A DNA stretch of 48,497 nucleotides from positions 1 to 48,497 of the IMG/VR virus record IMGVR_UViG_3300032323_000845, one strand, 5' to 3'. Position 1 is the first letter of the stretch. Each line of letters starts with the position of its first letter. Position numbers and translations under genes: made by a program. Positions 1-10,100 of the stretch are shown here, in pieces. Source of the stretch: a virus. Taxonomy: Duplodnaviria > Caudoviricetes. Below the pieces are notes generated by a model. It saw nothing but the letters and a program-made list of their open reading frames with translations, ran no database searches and was not told the origin of the DNA.

Positions 1-231
1 CTAGTTGGTTACAAAGGTTCTAGCGAATCTGATGCAGCAGCATTCTATTGCCCATACATTCCATTGATGAGCAGTGGTGTTGTGTTGGATCCATCAACTT
101 TCGAACCAGTCGTATCATTCATGACACGTTATGGTTATGTTGAGTTGACAAATTCAGCTTCTTCTCTAGGTAACGCAGCTGATTACCTAGCTAAAGTTGC
201 TGTAACATCCGCTAACCTACGTTTTGCTTAA
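1..231 (+). CDS. gp23: Major capsid protein, C-terminal fragment (T4 gp23-like); gene starts before the window
   Basis: Frame 1 translates to LVGYKGSSESDAAAFYCPYIPL...DPSTFEPVVSFMTRYG...*, matching the gp23 C-terminal motifs VGYKG, YCPY.PL and TRYG. Not in the ORF track because the 5' end is missing. Confidence 0.93.
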   Translation, partial: LVGYKGSSESDAAAFYCPYIPLMSSGVVLDPSTFEPVVSFMTRYGYVELTNSASSLGNAADYLAKVAVTSANLRFA

Positions 232-256
232 TCAGTAACTCGTATTATGCAAGTTC

Positions 257-280
257 AAAAAGGCTCTTCGGAGCCTTTTT
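257..280 (+). terminator. Rho-independent terminator with C(UUCG)G tetraloop
   Basis: AAAAAGGCTC-TTCG-GAGCCTTTTT downstream of the gp23 stop. Confidence 0.92.
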
Positions 281-288
281 GTTTGACT

Positions 289-294
289 TAAATA
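289..294 (+). promoter_or_regulatory. Late promoter (TAAATA, T4 TATAAATA-like), 5 nt before ATG 300
   Basis: TAAATA-TCAGG-ATG; the same geometry recurs at seven other genes. Confidence 0.7.
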
Positions 295-299
295 TCAGG

Positions 300-569
300 A
301 TGAGAGTAGAATCAGACCAAGATTTTAAAAAACTTCGTGAACAGTTTACGGCATGGCGACATCGATTTCCTATGTTTACGCATGATGTTCAACGCATTGA
401 AAAAATAATAAATCAACACATTACTGCACACAGTAAAATAATGGTCATGTATAGACAGACCAAGAATCGCAGCTATTTAGAAAAAGCACAACAAGAAATC
501 GATACCATCAACACAGTATTATCCACAGTAGAAAAAATGGAACTGATGAGTCTGCTTAGTCGCGGATAA
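300..569 (+). CDS. Hypothetical protein (89 aa, predicted helical)
   Basis: The track start at 279 (TTG) lies in the terminator U-tract; the in-frame ATG at 300 follows the late promoter motif. Confidence 0.7.
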   Translation: MRVESDQDFKKLREQFTAWRHRFPMFTHDVQRIEKIINQHITAHSKIMVMYRQTKNRSYLEKAQQEIDTINTVLSTVEKMELMSLLSRG

Positions 570-572
570 ATA
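567..572 (+). promoter_or_regulatory. Late promoter (TAAATA) for the structural block, followed by a structured leader and an AAGGAG RBS
   Basis: GATAAATA overlaps the upstream stop; SD sequence before ATG 638. Confidence 0.65.
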
Positions 573-637
573 AAGTATCTAAGTAATTATGCGGTACCCG
601 CCGCGTAGACCTAGAACGTCAACACAAGGAGAAACAA

Positions 638-1018
638 ATGGGACGTCCAATTAAAAAAGATGCGGCAGGAGTAGAAATTTTTGGCACATATGCCAGTGAT
701 ACAGGAATCAGAGTTGATGCATTTGTAGGTAGTGCTCAAGTAGACTGTTTTATTGTTAAACAAAAAGGTTCACGTAGATACGTGGTACAAGATGTTTCAA
801 CAGGCACACAAGCAATTTGTACATTAGTTAATGTGGCAGCAGGTTCATTAACAGCAGGTCAAATGAGACTCACTGGGTACGTTGGTGGCAACGGTGATGC
901 AGGTCGAGCAATTCAAAAATTAACCAAACGCATTGCTACAGATTTTAGTAGTAATCGTTATAAATGGGCAGTAGTTAACGATTCTACAAACGACTATATT
1001 GTTCTAACACCACTATAA
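638..1018 (+). CDS. Probable virion structural protein (126 aa)
   Basis: Strong SD (AAGGAG), beta-rich composition, first gene of the structural block after the capsid gene. Confidence 0.6.
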   Translation: MGRPIKKDAAGVEIFGTYASDTGIRVDAFVGSAQVDCFIVKQKGSRRYVVQDVSTGTQAICTLVNVAAGSLTAGQMRLTGYVGGNGDAGRAIQKLTKRIATDFSSNRYKWAVVNDSTNDYIVLTPL

Positions 1019-1031
1019 TTCAGGAAGTCTA

Positions 1032-2084
1032 ATGGGACAGTTTCTCAGAGTCAACGGTGACTATAACATTCGAGCAGGCGATGGTGCCAAGATAACACTT
1101 GACACCGGACCTGCTGTGAGTGGAGGCTCAGTACGAGTCACTGGCAATCTTATAGTTGAAGGTGACACTGTTAATGTTAGTACCGCAAACTTAAACATCG
1201 AAGATAATATTATATCTCTAAACGTTGGTGAAGTCGGGCCAGGGGTGACACTGATATATTCGGGTATTGAAATTCAACGAGGCGATACTTCTACTGTAAC
1301 TCCGCAGAACAACGCCAGCTTATTGTATGATGAAAGCACAGACTCGTGGATAATAGCACACGGAACTGCTCCAGGGCCGTTTAATTTTGATAGCAGCAGT
1401 CTAAGACTAAAACAGATACTAACCAACAGCACTACTGATGCAGGTGATCTAACACTGATAGGCACAGGTACTGGGGTCGTTAAAGTGATCGGAACCATAG
1501 ACTATGAAAATCAAGTCACACACGACGACGATCTTCCTAATAAAAAATATGTCGATGATTCAATCCTTAACAATCCTACATTTCAAATTGCAGCACCGCA
1601 GAGTCAAGATACCAAAGTAGTTATTGCAGACAAGGACATCAGTCCTAACAATTCTGCTGAACCGGGATCGTTGGCTTATTTCACTGCTACTACATCTCAC
1701 AGCACATACGGCGAAAGTGCGGTATCTATTATTGTAGACAACGCTCTAGTGGGACAATTTTATAACAATAGATTTGAAATAGGTGATTTAGAAATTGGTG
1801 GCGGACCTGATCGTAACGAAATTTCAAGTCGTGCCAGTATAACCAACGAAAACATTTATGTAAGAACCCAAGGTACAGGAAAACTGCAGACTAATTATGC
1901 CATGCAGTTTGAAAAAATTGGCACCGTTCCTGGATATGTGTCTAACAATGTGCTGTTATATGCAGCTGTGCCTAGTATAGGCACAACAGGTATATATTTT
2001 GTCAATGACAGTGCAGAAGCTGCTAAACAAAACGGTGAGTTGATAAGTAAAAACAAAGCATTAGTCTTCAGCATGCTATTTTAA
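1032..2084 (+). CDS. Virion structural/fibre-like protein
   Basis: G/T/S/N-rich; 'GNLIVEGDT..VSTANLNIEDNIISLN...SGIEIQRG' phage fibre motif; hydrophobic C-terminus ALVFSMLF. Confidence 0.7.
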   Translation: MGQFLRVNGDYNIRAGDGAKITLDTGPAVSGGSVRVTGNLIVEGDTVNVSTANLNIEDNIISLNVGEVGPGVTLIYSGIEIQRGDTSTVTPQNNASLLYDESTDSWIIAHGTAPGPFNFDSSSLRLKQILTNSTTDAGDLTLIGTGTGVVKVIGTIDYENQVTHDDDLPNKKYVDDSILNNPTFQIAAPQSQDTKVVIADKDISPNNSAEPGSLAYFTATTSHSTYGESAVSIIVDNALVGQFYNNRFEIGDLEIGGGPDRNEISSRASITNENIYVRTQGTGKLQTNYAMQFEKIGTVPGYVSNNVLLYAAVPSIGTTGIYFVNDSAEAAKQNGELISKNKALVFSMLF

Positions 2085-2093
2085 GAGACAGAT

Positions 2094-2495
2094 ATGATAA
2101 GAAATTATGAAAATCCAGAAGGCACACTATCATTGGTAGATTCTACCAGCATAACAGTTCCGGTTAGAGTGTTTACCAGTTCGACTACAGGCGGTCCTAT
2201 AGCAGGTGGAGTAATAGGCAGAGAAAATGCAGTTACTACTATAGCGTTATGCAATACCCTAGCACCAGATGCAGCAGACGAAACTGCTAACAGTGTTACA
2301 GTGAACATATATGTGGTTCGCAGCGGATTGAGTTTTGGTGCAGGAAATCTTGTAGTCAGCAGTCTTGTAGTCCCAGCCGGTGAAACCGTGTTCTTCTCAG
2401 AAGAACGTATAGTATTAGCCAGTGGCGATCAAATATGGATCGGTACTTCAGCAGCTTCTAGATTAGCTGTTACTGTGAGTTCATTAGCAGTATGA
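2094..2495 (+). CDS. Small beta-sandwich virion/fibre-associated protein (paralogue of 6381 and 20595)
   Basis: Shares the pattern 'L.N....V.....VPA..T.....IVL..GD.I.' with the two other ~110 aa ORFs. Confidence 0.6.
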   Translation: MIRNYENPEGTLSLVDSTSITVPVRVFTSSTTGGPIAGGVIGRENAVTTIALCNTLAPDAADETANSVTVNIYVVRSGLSFGAGNLVVSSLVVPAGETVFFSEERIVLASGDQIWIGTSAASRLAVTVSSLAV

Positions 2496-3217
2496 AATTT
2501 CTAAAGACCAAAAACATTTCTCAGTTCAGCATCAATGATCGTGCGTTGATCTATTATCCTGCTGGCAACGGTCCTGGTAACAGAATAGTAGTCAATGCCA
2601 ACGGCGGTATGATGTTGCCCAAAGGCACAACTGCACAGCGACCACAGTTGACCGGAGTAAGACAGCCCACAGATGCCAACGGCACAATTAGATATAATAC
2701 AACAATTCCAGCACTAGAAGCATATGTTGGTGGTGCTTGGGTAGTTGTAGCTGCGCCGTTTGCTTCTGCAATAACAAAACAAACTCTTGGCCCCGGCGAC
2801 GGTGCAGCTACTATTTTTGGACCGTTGAACACTACATATGCTGCTTCGTACGCAGCCAGCGCAGACAATGTCCTTGTGTTAGTAGAAAACGTCATGCAGA
2901 TTTCTACCACAAACTTTGGTATATTTCAAAATCCCTCAACTACAGGATCGGGGGCTGAAATCAATGCTACCGCATTAAGCAGCGCCAACAACGGTACCAG
3001 TTATGTCATCACTGCTGTAGGATCAACTGATTTCACAGCATTCGGCGCAGCTGCAAACACACAAGGTACAGTGTTTACTAAGTCAGGCGGAACTCCTACA
3101 GGCACAGGCAAAGTTCGAGTTGCCGGATATTACCTTTCATTCACATCAGCAGTACCGGCATCAGGAGGAGGCGGTAATCCAGTTTACGTAACTGTATACT
3201 ACGGATACGCCAGTTAA
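2492..3217 (+). CDS. Virion structural protein with an LPxGTTAQRP...RYNT motif
   Basis: ATGA coupling to the upstream gene; motif shared with five other fibre genes in this window. Confidence 0.65.
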   Translation: MKFLKTKNISQFSINDRALIYYPAGNGPGNRIVVNANGGMMLPKGTTAQRPQLTGVRQPTDANGTIRYNTTIPALEAYVGGAWVVVAAPFASAITKQTLGPGDGAATIFGPLNTTYAASYAASADNVLVLVENVMQISTTNFGIFQNPSTTGSGAEINATALSSANNGTSYVITAVGSTDFTAFGAAANTQGTVFTKSGGTPTGTGKVRVAGYYLSFTSAVPASGGGGNPVYVTVYYGYAS

Positions 3218-3219
3218 CC

Positions 3220-4755
3220 ATGAGTCAATTGGGGCGCATAGGTGGACAGGTACTTACAGACAATCTGTTACGTGCCGGAGTCGATCTTGCGTTTGAAACT
3301 GATTTATTATACCTCGATGTAACTAATCGACAAATAGGTATAAGGGATTCGACTCCTATATACACCCTAGATGTTAATAGCCACCTCAACACTAATACCT
3401 TCACAGTTGTTAATCAAATACGCATCGATGACCTACTAATCACAGCACCAAATACGATATCGTCAGTAACATCACCTATTAACATTTATACAGTTTCGCC
3501 TGTATTAGTGCATGATCGATTAATTACCAGCGCATTAGAATTTGACGACAATTACATATCTTCTTTTTCTAACAATGATATTGTTTTAAATCCCAATGGA
3601 TCGGGCACCATAGAACTACTGGCAAACACCACAGTAGTAGGAGAACTAGGGGTCTCAGGAAATATCAACGTCACTGGAAATCTCAGATCCGACGGTGTGG
3701 TTATTGTAGGAGACAATGCAGTTGACACTGTGACTATTGCTCCCGACCTCACACAAGATCTAGTACCGGGCGACAACAATCTTTATAATTTAGGATCGGC
3801 ATTAAAAAGATGGAATAATGGTTACAGCAATAATGTTGATGTAAACACAGGGTTTACTGCTGGCAATATTACGATTGCTGCACCTTCTTCTATATCTAAT
3901 GCTGTAGGCAATATTGCAATCAACATCAGTGGCTCTAATCCAATTGCTACTTTTTCATCTGCTATTCAAACTTCAGGAATACGTATCGAAGGAAATGCGA
4001 TACAGAGTATAGGCAGTCAAAACATACGGTTTAATCCCAACGGTGCTGGCGTAATACGTCTCGAAGCAAATACCAATGCCTTAGCCGATCTCGCAGTATC
4101 TGGTAACACTTCTATGGTAGGAAATTTTACTCTTCTGGGTACTATTACCATAGGTAATCAAACCATTGATACCGTGACAATAAGTCCAGATTTCACACAG
4201 AGCATAATTCCCGGCGAAGATGCAGTATACGCACTCGGCGCTGATGCAGGTGATTCTAGCCCTAGACGATGGAGCGAAGTCCGTTCGCCACAGTGGCAGT
4301 ATATCTCTACTGGCATATGGCCGGGCAGCGGGCTTAGACCGCAGACAGCTATAGTCAGCGAGCAACTTGGCTTAGACGGCATAATTAATAAAATATCAAC
4401 TATACAAAGCAATGAAGATATACGGTTGTTGCCTGACACAGGCATTACTCGCATAGAAGCTACTCGGTGGCAGAACAACGATATAACTAATCTTCAAAAC
4501 ACTGCATTTACTTTTGCCAATACAGGTATTGGATATACACAGTTTATGGGAGACAACGCATTGTTGCTCCCTGCGGGTGACAATTCTCAGCGCCGAGCAT
4601 CACCCGAAGTAGGCGAGACTCGCTGGAACACAGATCTAGATTATCTTGAATGCTATGACGGTACTGTTTGGGCAGTGAGCACAGGCGGCGGCGTTGAAGT
4701 TGACGTGCCTATCATGGAAGATCTCAGTCACGTATACACCCTGATATTAGGGTAA
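3220..4755 (+). CDS. Fibre-like virion structural protein with internal repeats (paralogue of 4886)
   Basis: N-terminus GRIGGQVLTDNLLRAGVDLAFETDLLYLDV is nearly identical to that of 4886; two 'I.LNPNG.G.I.L.ANT' repeats. Confidence 0.75.
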   Translation: MSQLGRIGGQVLTDNLLRAGVDLAFETDLLYLDVTNRQIGIRDSTPIYTLDVNSHLNTNTFTVVNQIRIDDLLITAPNTISSVTSPINIYTVSPVLVHDRLITSALEFDDNYISSFSNNDIVLNPNGSGTIELLANTTVVGELGVSGNINVTGNLRSDGVVIVGDNAVDTVTIAPDLTQDLVPGDNNLYNLGSALKRWNNGYSNNVDVNTGFTAGNITIAAPSSISNAVGNIAINISGSNPIATFSSAIQTSGIRIEGNAIQSIGSQNIRFNPNGAGVIRLEANTNALADLAVSGNTSMVGNFTLLGTITIGNQTIDTVTISPDFTQSIIPGEDAVYALGADAGDSSPRRWSEVRSPQWQYISTGIWPGSGLRPQTAIVSEQLGLDGIINKISTIQSNEDIRLLPDTGITRIEATRWQNNDITNLQNTAFTFANTGIGYTQFMGDNALLLPAGDNSQRRASPEVGETRWNTDLDYLECYDGTVWAVSTGGGVEVDVPIMEDLSHVYTLILG

Positions 4756-4768
4756 TCTCCAAAATTGA

Positions 4769-4885
4769 TAAATAACTTTAATTGCAAGAACGACCATTTT
4801 TGCAGGATCCGACTGCGGTAAACCAGCAAAGAGCGTAAGCTGAAAATTTGGTTAACGGTGAAACACCGGGTAAATTGGAGAGCAC
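4769..4885 (+). promoter_or_regulatory. Late promoter (TAAATA 4769-4774) plus a ~105 nt structured 5' leader (candidate cis-regulatory RNA)
   Basis: Stems TGCAAGAA/TTTTTGCA, CAGC/GCTG or AACCA/TGGTT, and CGGTG-AAA-CACCG; SD GGAG at 4877. Confidence 0.55.
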
Positions 4886-6376
4886 ATGGCTATTGGTCGT
4901 ATTTCAGGTCAGCTCTTGAAGTCAAATCTTCTTCGCGCAGGAGAAAATCTGGCATTCGAGACAGACTTACTCTATCTGGATGTTATAAATTCTCGAATCG
5001 GAATTAAAACAACCACGCCCAATGCCGATCTTGACGTCAACGGCACTATTAGATCTACTACCGCACAAGTAGACGACTACTTGAATGTAGGTACCCTTAA
5101 TTTTAATGGTAGCACGATTAACAGCAGCGGTACAATAAATTTCACAGCCGCAGCAGGTCAAGCCACAGTTTATCATTCTAAATTACAAATAGACGATTTA
5201 CAGATTTCAGGGAATACCATTTCTACCATGGTATCAAATTCCCCAATAGAATTAAACCCCAACGGAAGTGGTTCAGTAGAGTTATTAGCTGATACTAATA
5301 TCACTGGAAATCTTGCAGTTACAGGAAATATTTCTGCTACTGGAAACGTTACCATAGGTGGAAACATCATCATCGGTGACAGTCTCACAGACACTGTAAC
5401 GATAAATGCCAGTATAAAAAGCAGTTTAATACCAGAAACTGATATATTGTATAATATAGGCAGTCCAACATATCGATGGAACAATGCTTATCTAAATAAT
5501 TTTGTAGTCAGCAATCAATTTACACTTGGCACGTTTTCTTTTACCGGCAACACAATATCTTCAACAGCCAGTTCGATTGTTTTTAATACACCTGGTGCTA
5601 ATTCAGTAATTTTTAATTCTAAAATATTAGTTGGAGATTACGAAATAGCTGGCAACAGTATTTCCACAACAGTGTCTAATTCTTCGATAGATATTAGACC
5701 CAACGGCGCAGGTACTATTGAGTTAGAAGCCAACACTAATATCACAGGAAATCTAAACGTCAGCGGAAATATCAATGCTGTAGGCAATGTGACTATTGGC
5801 GGAAATATTATCATTGGTGATAGCCTTGTTGATAATTTAGTTATTAATGCCAGCATCCGCAGTGACCTTGTACCAGAAACTGACAATCTCTACGATCTTG
5901 GATCTTCGTCATTTAGATGGAGAGCTATATACGCTAATAATTTTTACACCACAGCCTTGAATGTGCCTGCATTAGATATCGGTAATCTAATGTTTCGTGA
6001 CAACGAGATTACAACCACAACTGGACAAGATCTCTATATAGACGGCAATGGTGTCGGCGGTGTGAGACTAGGTAATTTTCGCATTGTAGATAATGTTATC
6101 ACTAATGTATCTTCTAATGCTATCACTCAGATCGCTCAATCCGGAACTGGCTATTTTAAGATTGCAGGGACTAACGGATTTGTTTTTCCGAGAGGAGATG
6201 AAACCACAAGACCTGCAGGATATCAAGTTTTGGGAATGACTAGATTCAATACTAATGCTAAAGCGTTAGAAGTTTGGGATGGATTAACATGGGCATCACC
6301 GGCAGGCGCCAGCGGAGCAGTAAGTATTATCGGCGCTCAAGATATCGCAGTTCAAATAGCATTAACTCTAGGATAA
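4886..6376 (+). CDS. Fibre-like virion structural protein with a ~145 aa internal duplication
   Basis: Duplicated 'ISTxVSNSxIxxxPNGxGxxELxAxTNITGNLxVxGNI...GNVTIGGNIIIGDSL' unit; C-terminus AVQIALTLG. Confidence 0.78.
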   Translation: MAIGRISGQLLKSNLLRAGENLAFETDLLYLDVINSRIGIKTTTPNADLDVNGTIRSTTAQVDDYLNVGTLNFNGSTINSSGTINFTAAAGQATVYHSKLQIDDLQISGNTISTMVSNSPIELNPNGSGSVELLADTNITGNLAVTGNISATGNVTIGGNIIIGDSLTDTVTINASIKSSLIPETDILYNIGSPTYRWNNAYLNNFVVSNQFTLGTFSFTGNTISSTASSIVFNTPGANSVIFNSKILVGDYEIAGNSISTTVSNSSIDIRPNGAGTIELEANTNITGNLNVSGNINAVGNVTIGGNIIIGDSLVDNLVINASIRSDLVPETDNLYDLGSSSFRWRAIYANNFYTTALNVPALDIGNLMFRDNEITTTTGQDLYIDGNGVGGVRLGNFRIVDNVITNVSSNAITQIAQSGTGYFKIAGTNGFVFPRGDETTRPAGYQVLGMTRFNTNAKALEVWDGLTWASPAGASGAVSIIGAQDIAVQIALTLG

Positions 6377-6380
6377 AGAC

Positions 6381-6713
6381 ATGCCAACAGTATTCAAACA
6401 TTCGTTAGTGACACAGATAGGAACTATTCCAACAGATGTGGTAGAGATCGGCGCAGGAGTGAGAGCCACGGTGATTGGCTGCAATCTTGCCAATGTCACT
6501 GAATACGATATGGTAATAGCAGATGTTCAAATTGTTGGTGCAGATACCACCTCATCATATTATATCAAAGGTCTTGCTATTCCGCCAAACACATCTGTAA
6601 AAATTGTAACACAAGGTGAAAAGCTGATTCTGCCAGCAAATACAGAACTTAGAGTGGTTTCTGATACCGCAGACAGCATTGATGCTACAGTAAGTTATGT
6701 AGAGATATCATAA
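6381..6713 (+). CDS. Small beta-sandwich virion/fibre-associated protein
   Basis: 'ATVIGCNLANVT...YIKGLAIPPNTS...KLIL...LRVVSD...DATVSYVEI' family pattern. Confidence 0.65.
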   Translation: MPTVFKHSLVTQIGTIPTDVVEIGAGVRATVIGCNLANVTEYDMVIADVQIVGADTTSSYYIKGLAIPPNTSVKIVTQGEKLILPANTELRVVSDTADSIDATVSYVEIS

Positions 6714-6722
6714 GGAGAAATT

Positions 6723-7088
6723 ATGTCATCTAATTATTATCTAGGAACTACTCCGATTGAAAGTCTAGGCGATTCTCCTAGATATTGGTATGCTCTGCGT
6801 AGAAACGACGACGGTGAGTTATTTTTAGTACGCAGCGACCAAATCATTGATCGAGAAGCCTACGAATTAAATACTCCAGGCCCAACAGACGATAACTTTG
6901 ACGAGTTTGAAGTCGGCGTCGACTATTTAGACGGCATCGATATAGAACACGAACCGTTATTTGAAAATTTATTTTATCCTCAGTATCGTTGGGATGATCG
7001 TTCATTGTTTTATTATGTAGACGGTGAAGGAATGTTTGTAGTAAGAATTAATAAAGGATATTCTTATCCGACTGGAATATCAACATAA
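6723..7088 (+). CDS. Hypothetical (probable virion) protein, acidic and aromatic-rich
   Basis: Strong SD (AAGGAG); lies within the structural operon. Confidence 0.6.
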   Translation: MSSNYYLGTTPIESLGDSPRYWYALRRNDDGELFLVRSDQIIDREAYELNTPGPTDDNFDEFEVGVDYLDGIDIEHEPLFENLFYPQYRWDDRSLFYYVDGEGMFVVRINKGYSYPTGIST

Positions 7089-7106
7089 AACAAATAAGAG
7101 AGAATT

Positions 7107-10100
7107 ATGGCAGAATTTAGGATCAGTAGATTTAGATACACCTGGGAAGGTAATTGGGCCACAGCGGTCGCCTACAATCGCGATGATGTAGTATATTATC
7201 GTGGGTCTGCTTGGGTATGTCTCCGACAGCACACCAGTTCAGCATTCAATGCAGATCTTACATTTATTCCTGCCGGGCAAACACTGGCTACTCCAGCTTG
7301 GGTTAAGATGTCTGAAGGTAGAGCCTTTCTAGGAATTTGGACCGCAGATACCTTATACGAGCCTAACGATTTAATTTTACATGGCGGAAATCTGTATGCG
7401 TGTATAGTGTCACACACAAGTACTGAATTTTTCAATACCAACATCAACAACTGGGAAGTATTTGCCACAGGTCATAATTTTAGAAACACATGGACTGCCG
7501 CAGCTCGATATTTGGTTGGTGATGTGGTTAGATACAACGGATATACCTATCAATGCGTACTTGAACACATAGCGGGATCCGCATCTCAAGGAATTATAGT
7601 TGGAAACAACGATATTCAGGATGACAGTACCGGAGAAACTTGGCAGGTAACACTAGAAAATTACACGTATGTAGGAACATATTCTACAAGCACTAGATAT
7701 AGACGCAACGACCTTGTAAAGTATGGGGCAAGTATATTAAAATGCATAAACGAACATACTCCCGATCCACTTGTTGCGAATATATCAAATCAAAATTTTG
7801 TAATGTATTTGCCAGGCTACGAATTTACAAATGACTGGTCAGCTTCAAGAATATATGCAATCGGTGATGTGGTAAGATATGGCGGAAATCTCTATGCAGC
7901 AAACACCAACCATACAGGCAATCAACCAGGTGTAAATGAGAGTTTTCAAGACAGCGTATTAAATGCAAATTGGACTCTAATACACAAAGGAATAAACTTT
8001 CGAGGCGAATACAATCCTAATAATAATACCGCGTATCAAGAAGGTGATGTTGTTAGACGAGGTGGCGCACTATGGGTAAGTCTTACAAATCAATTTGGTG
8101 ATGACAGTAGTCTTAGACCGTTAGACACATCGAACTGGCAGTTAGTTCTTGCAGCCCAAAATTTTCGTGGTTCGTGGCGAAATGACAGTATCTATAGCAT
8201 TTATGATGTGGTATATTTTAGAGGCACAACGTATTATGCCACTATCCCTCATTTAAGCACATTTGAAAATTTTCCAGGCGACAGCGGCAGTGGTTTTAAC
8301 TACTGGACTATATTAGTAATTGGAGATCAAAATGCAGCACTAAATGTACTTGGTGATGTGTTGACATATAATTTTCAAAGAAATATACTCGAAGACAGTT
8401 CAATTCAGTTTGTGTTAGGAGATACCAGCACCATAGGTCCAGCCAGCATTTCGATTGGTGCGACAGATCAATTAATCACCGTTGAAAATGCAGAAGGTGA
8501 CATAGGGTATGCTACCTGGGGTAATGTTGAACGAATATTTTTTGTTCGAACAAACGGAGTAGACGACGCGGCGGACCCAGATAGAGGCATAAACTTTCTT
8601 AAACCCTACAAGACATTAAGGTTTGCATTAGAACAGGCCGATGACGAATACGAAGGCTTTACATCTATAAAATTATCCACAGGTGAATATCAAGAAGTGT
8701 TACCCTTGGTTGTTCCTAGACGTACAGCGATTATCGGAGAAGAGCTTCGATCAGTGACTATAAAAGCTGCAGAAGCCACTGCAGCCGGAGACGCTGTTTA
8801 CACGCTGGCATTATTAGTGCGGATAGGAACACTTCTTCCAAATATTATACAAGGTTTAGCAGTATCTCCAACTGTAGGTAACACTGTTGCACAAAGTATA
8901 TCTGTTCCAGCAACAAATGCCGAAGCAGTGATAGCAGGACAAATCTGGGGTAGTATAGTAGATACTATTAATTATAGATTAACAAACACCGGATCTCAAC
9001 CAGCATTAACCGGGTCAAATACTGAAACGTCGGTATTAAACAGGATAAGAGCAAGAAATATTCTAGAGAACAACAGACAGTTTATTCAAGCAGAAGCTGT
9101 GGCTTACATGGCACTGACTTATTCTAGTTATAACTATAACCGTGAACAGTATATCAACAATTTAAACAGATTTATTGATGCTGCAATCTATGATCTACGA
9201 TATCCTGGTAATTATAAGTCTGTAATGGCTGGTAGATACTATTCTAATACTGTAACAGGATCTGCACTAGAAGATATGTTTTATGTGAGAGATACTACAG
9301 GTATCAGAAACGTAACTCTTAGGGGACTAGAGGGAACATTGCCAGCAATAGCTGAAGGAGATACGTACAGTATTCCTACAGGTGGCGCATTTGTAAGCCT
9401 TGATCCTGGATGGGGTCCTGCCGATCAAAGAGTGTGGATCACAAATCGAAGCTGCTATGTACAGAACGTTACTACCTTTGGCACCGGCGCAGTGGGACAA
9501 AAAGTAGATGGCAATCTACACAATGGTGGTAATCGCAGTATAGTCAGTAACGATTTTACACAAGTTATATCAGATGGTATTGGTGCTTGGATGTTAAATG
9601 GAGGCCGTGGCGAATTAGTTTCGGTGTTCTCATATTATGCACACATCGGTATGTTTGCACAGAGCGGCGGCATAATACGAGCTACCAATGGTAACAGTTC
9701 ATATGGTGACTTTGGTGCTGTTGCAGACGGCATCGATCCTACCGAAACAGTAAGAGTCGCATCAGTTAATACTAGAACCACACCGGCTCGAGTAGCCGCG
9801 GCATTCGCTGGCGAAGTTAATGATTTTATTTTGGCAGTAGAATTTGAACACGCAGGACAAGAATATACCACAGCCAGCTACGACATCGTAAGTTCGGGAG
9901 TAGGAGCTGTAGCAATTCAAGAAGAATTTCGAGATAACAGCATGTTTGTGTGCTACACACTCAACGGCGGCATTGGATATACTCGCGTAGGCAATCAAGC
10001 GCAGGCAGGCGGACCTACGACAATTGTCTTAGCAGCTGCTGAATCAGTAACTGAGGCTGCAATTCTGGGCAAGCGTATAATTATAACCAGCGGTGTAGGT

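Noticed and set aside
4840-4872. Hammerhead-ribozyme-like string CTGAAAA...GAAAC...GTA in the structured leader
   Set aside because: The core needs CUGANGA (C3-G8 pair) but here G8 is A, and no convincing stem II forms.
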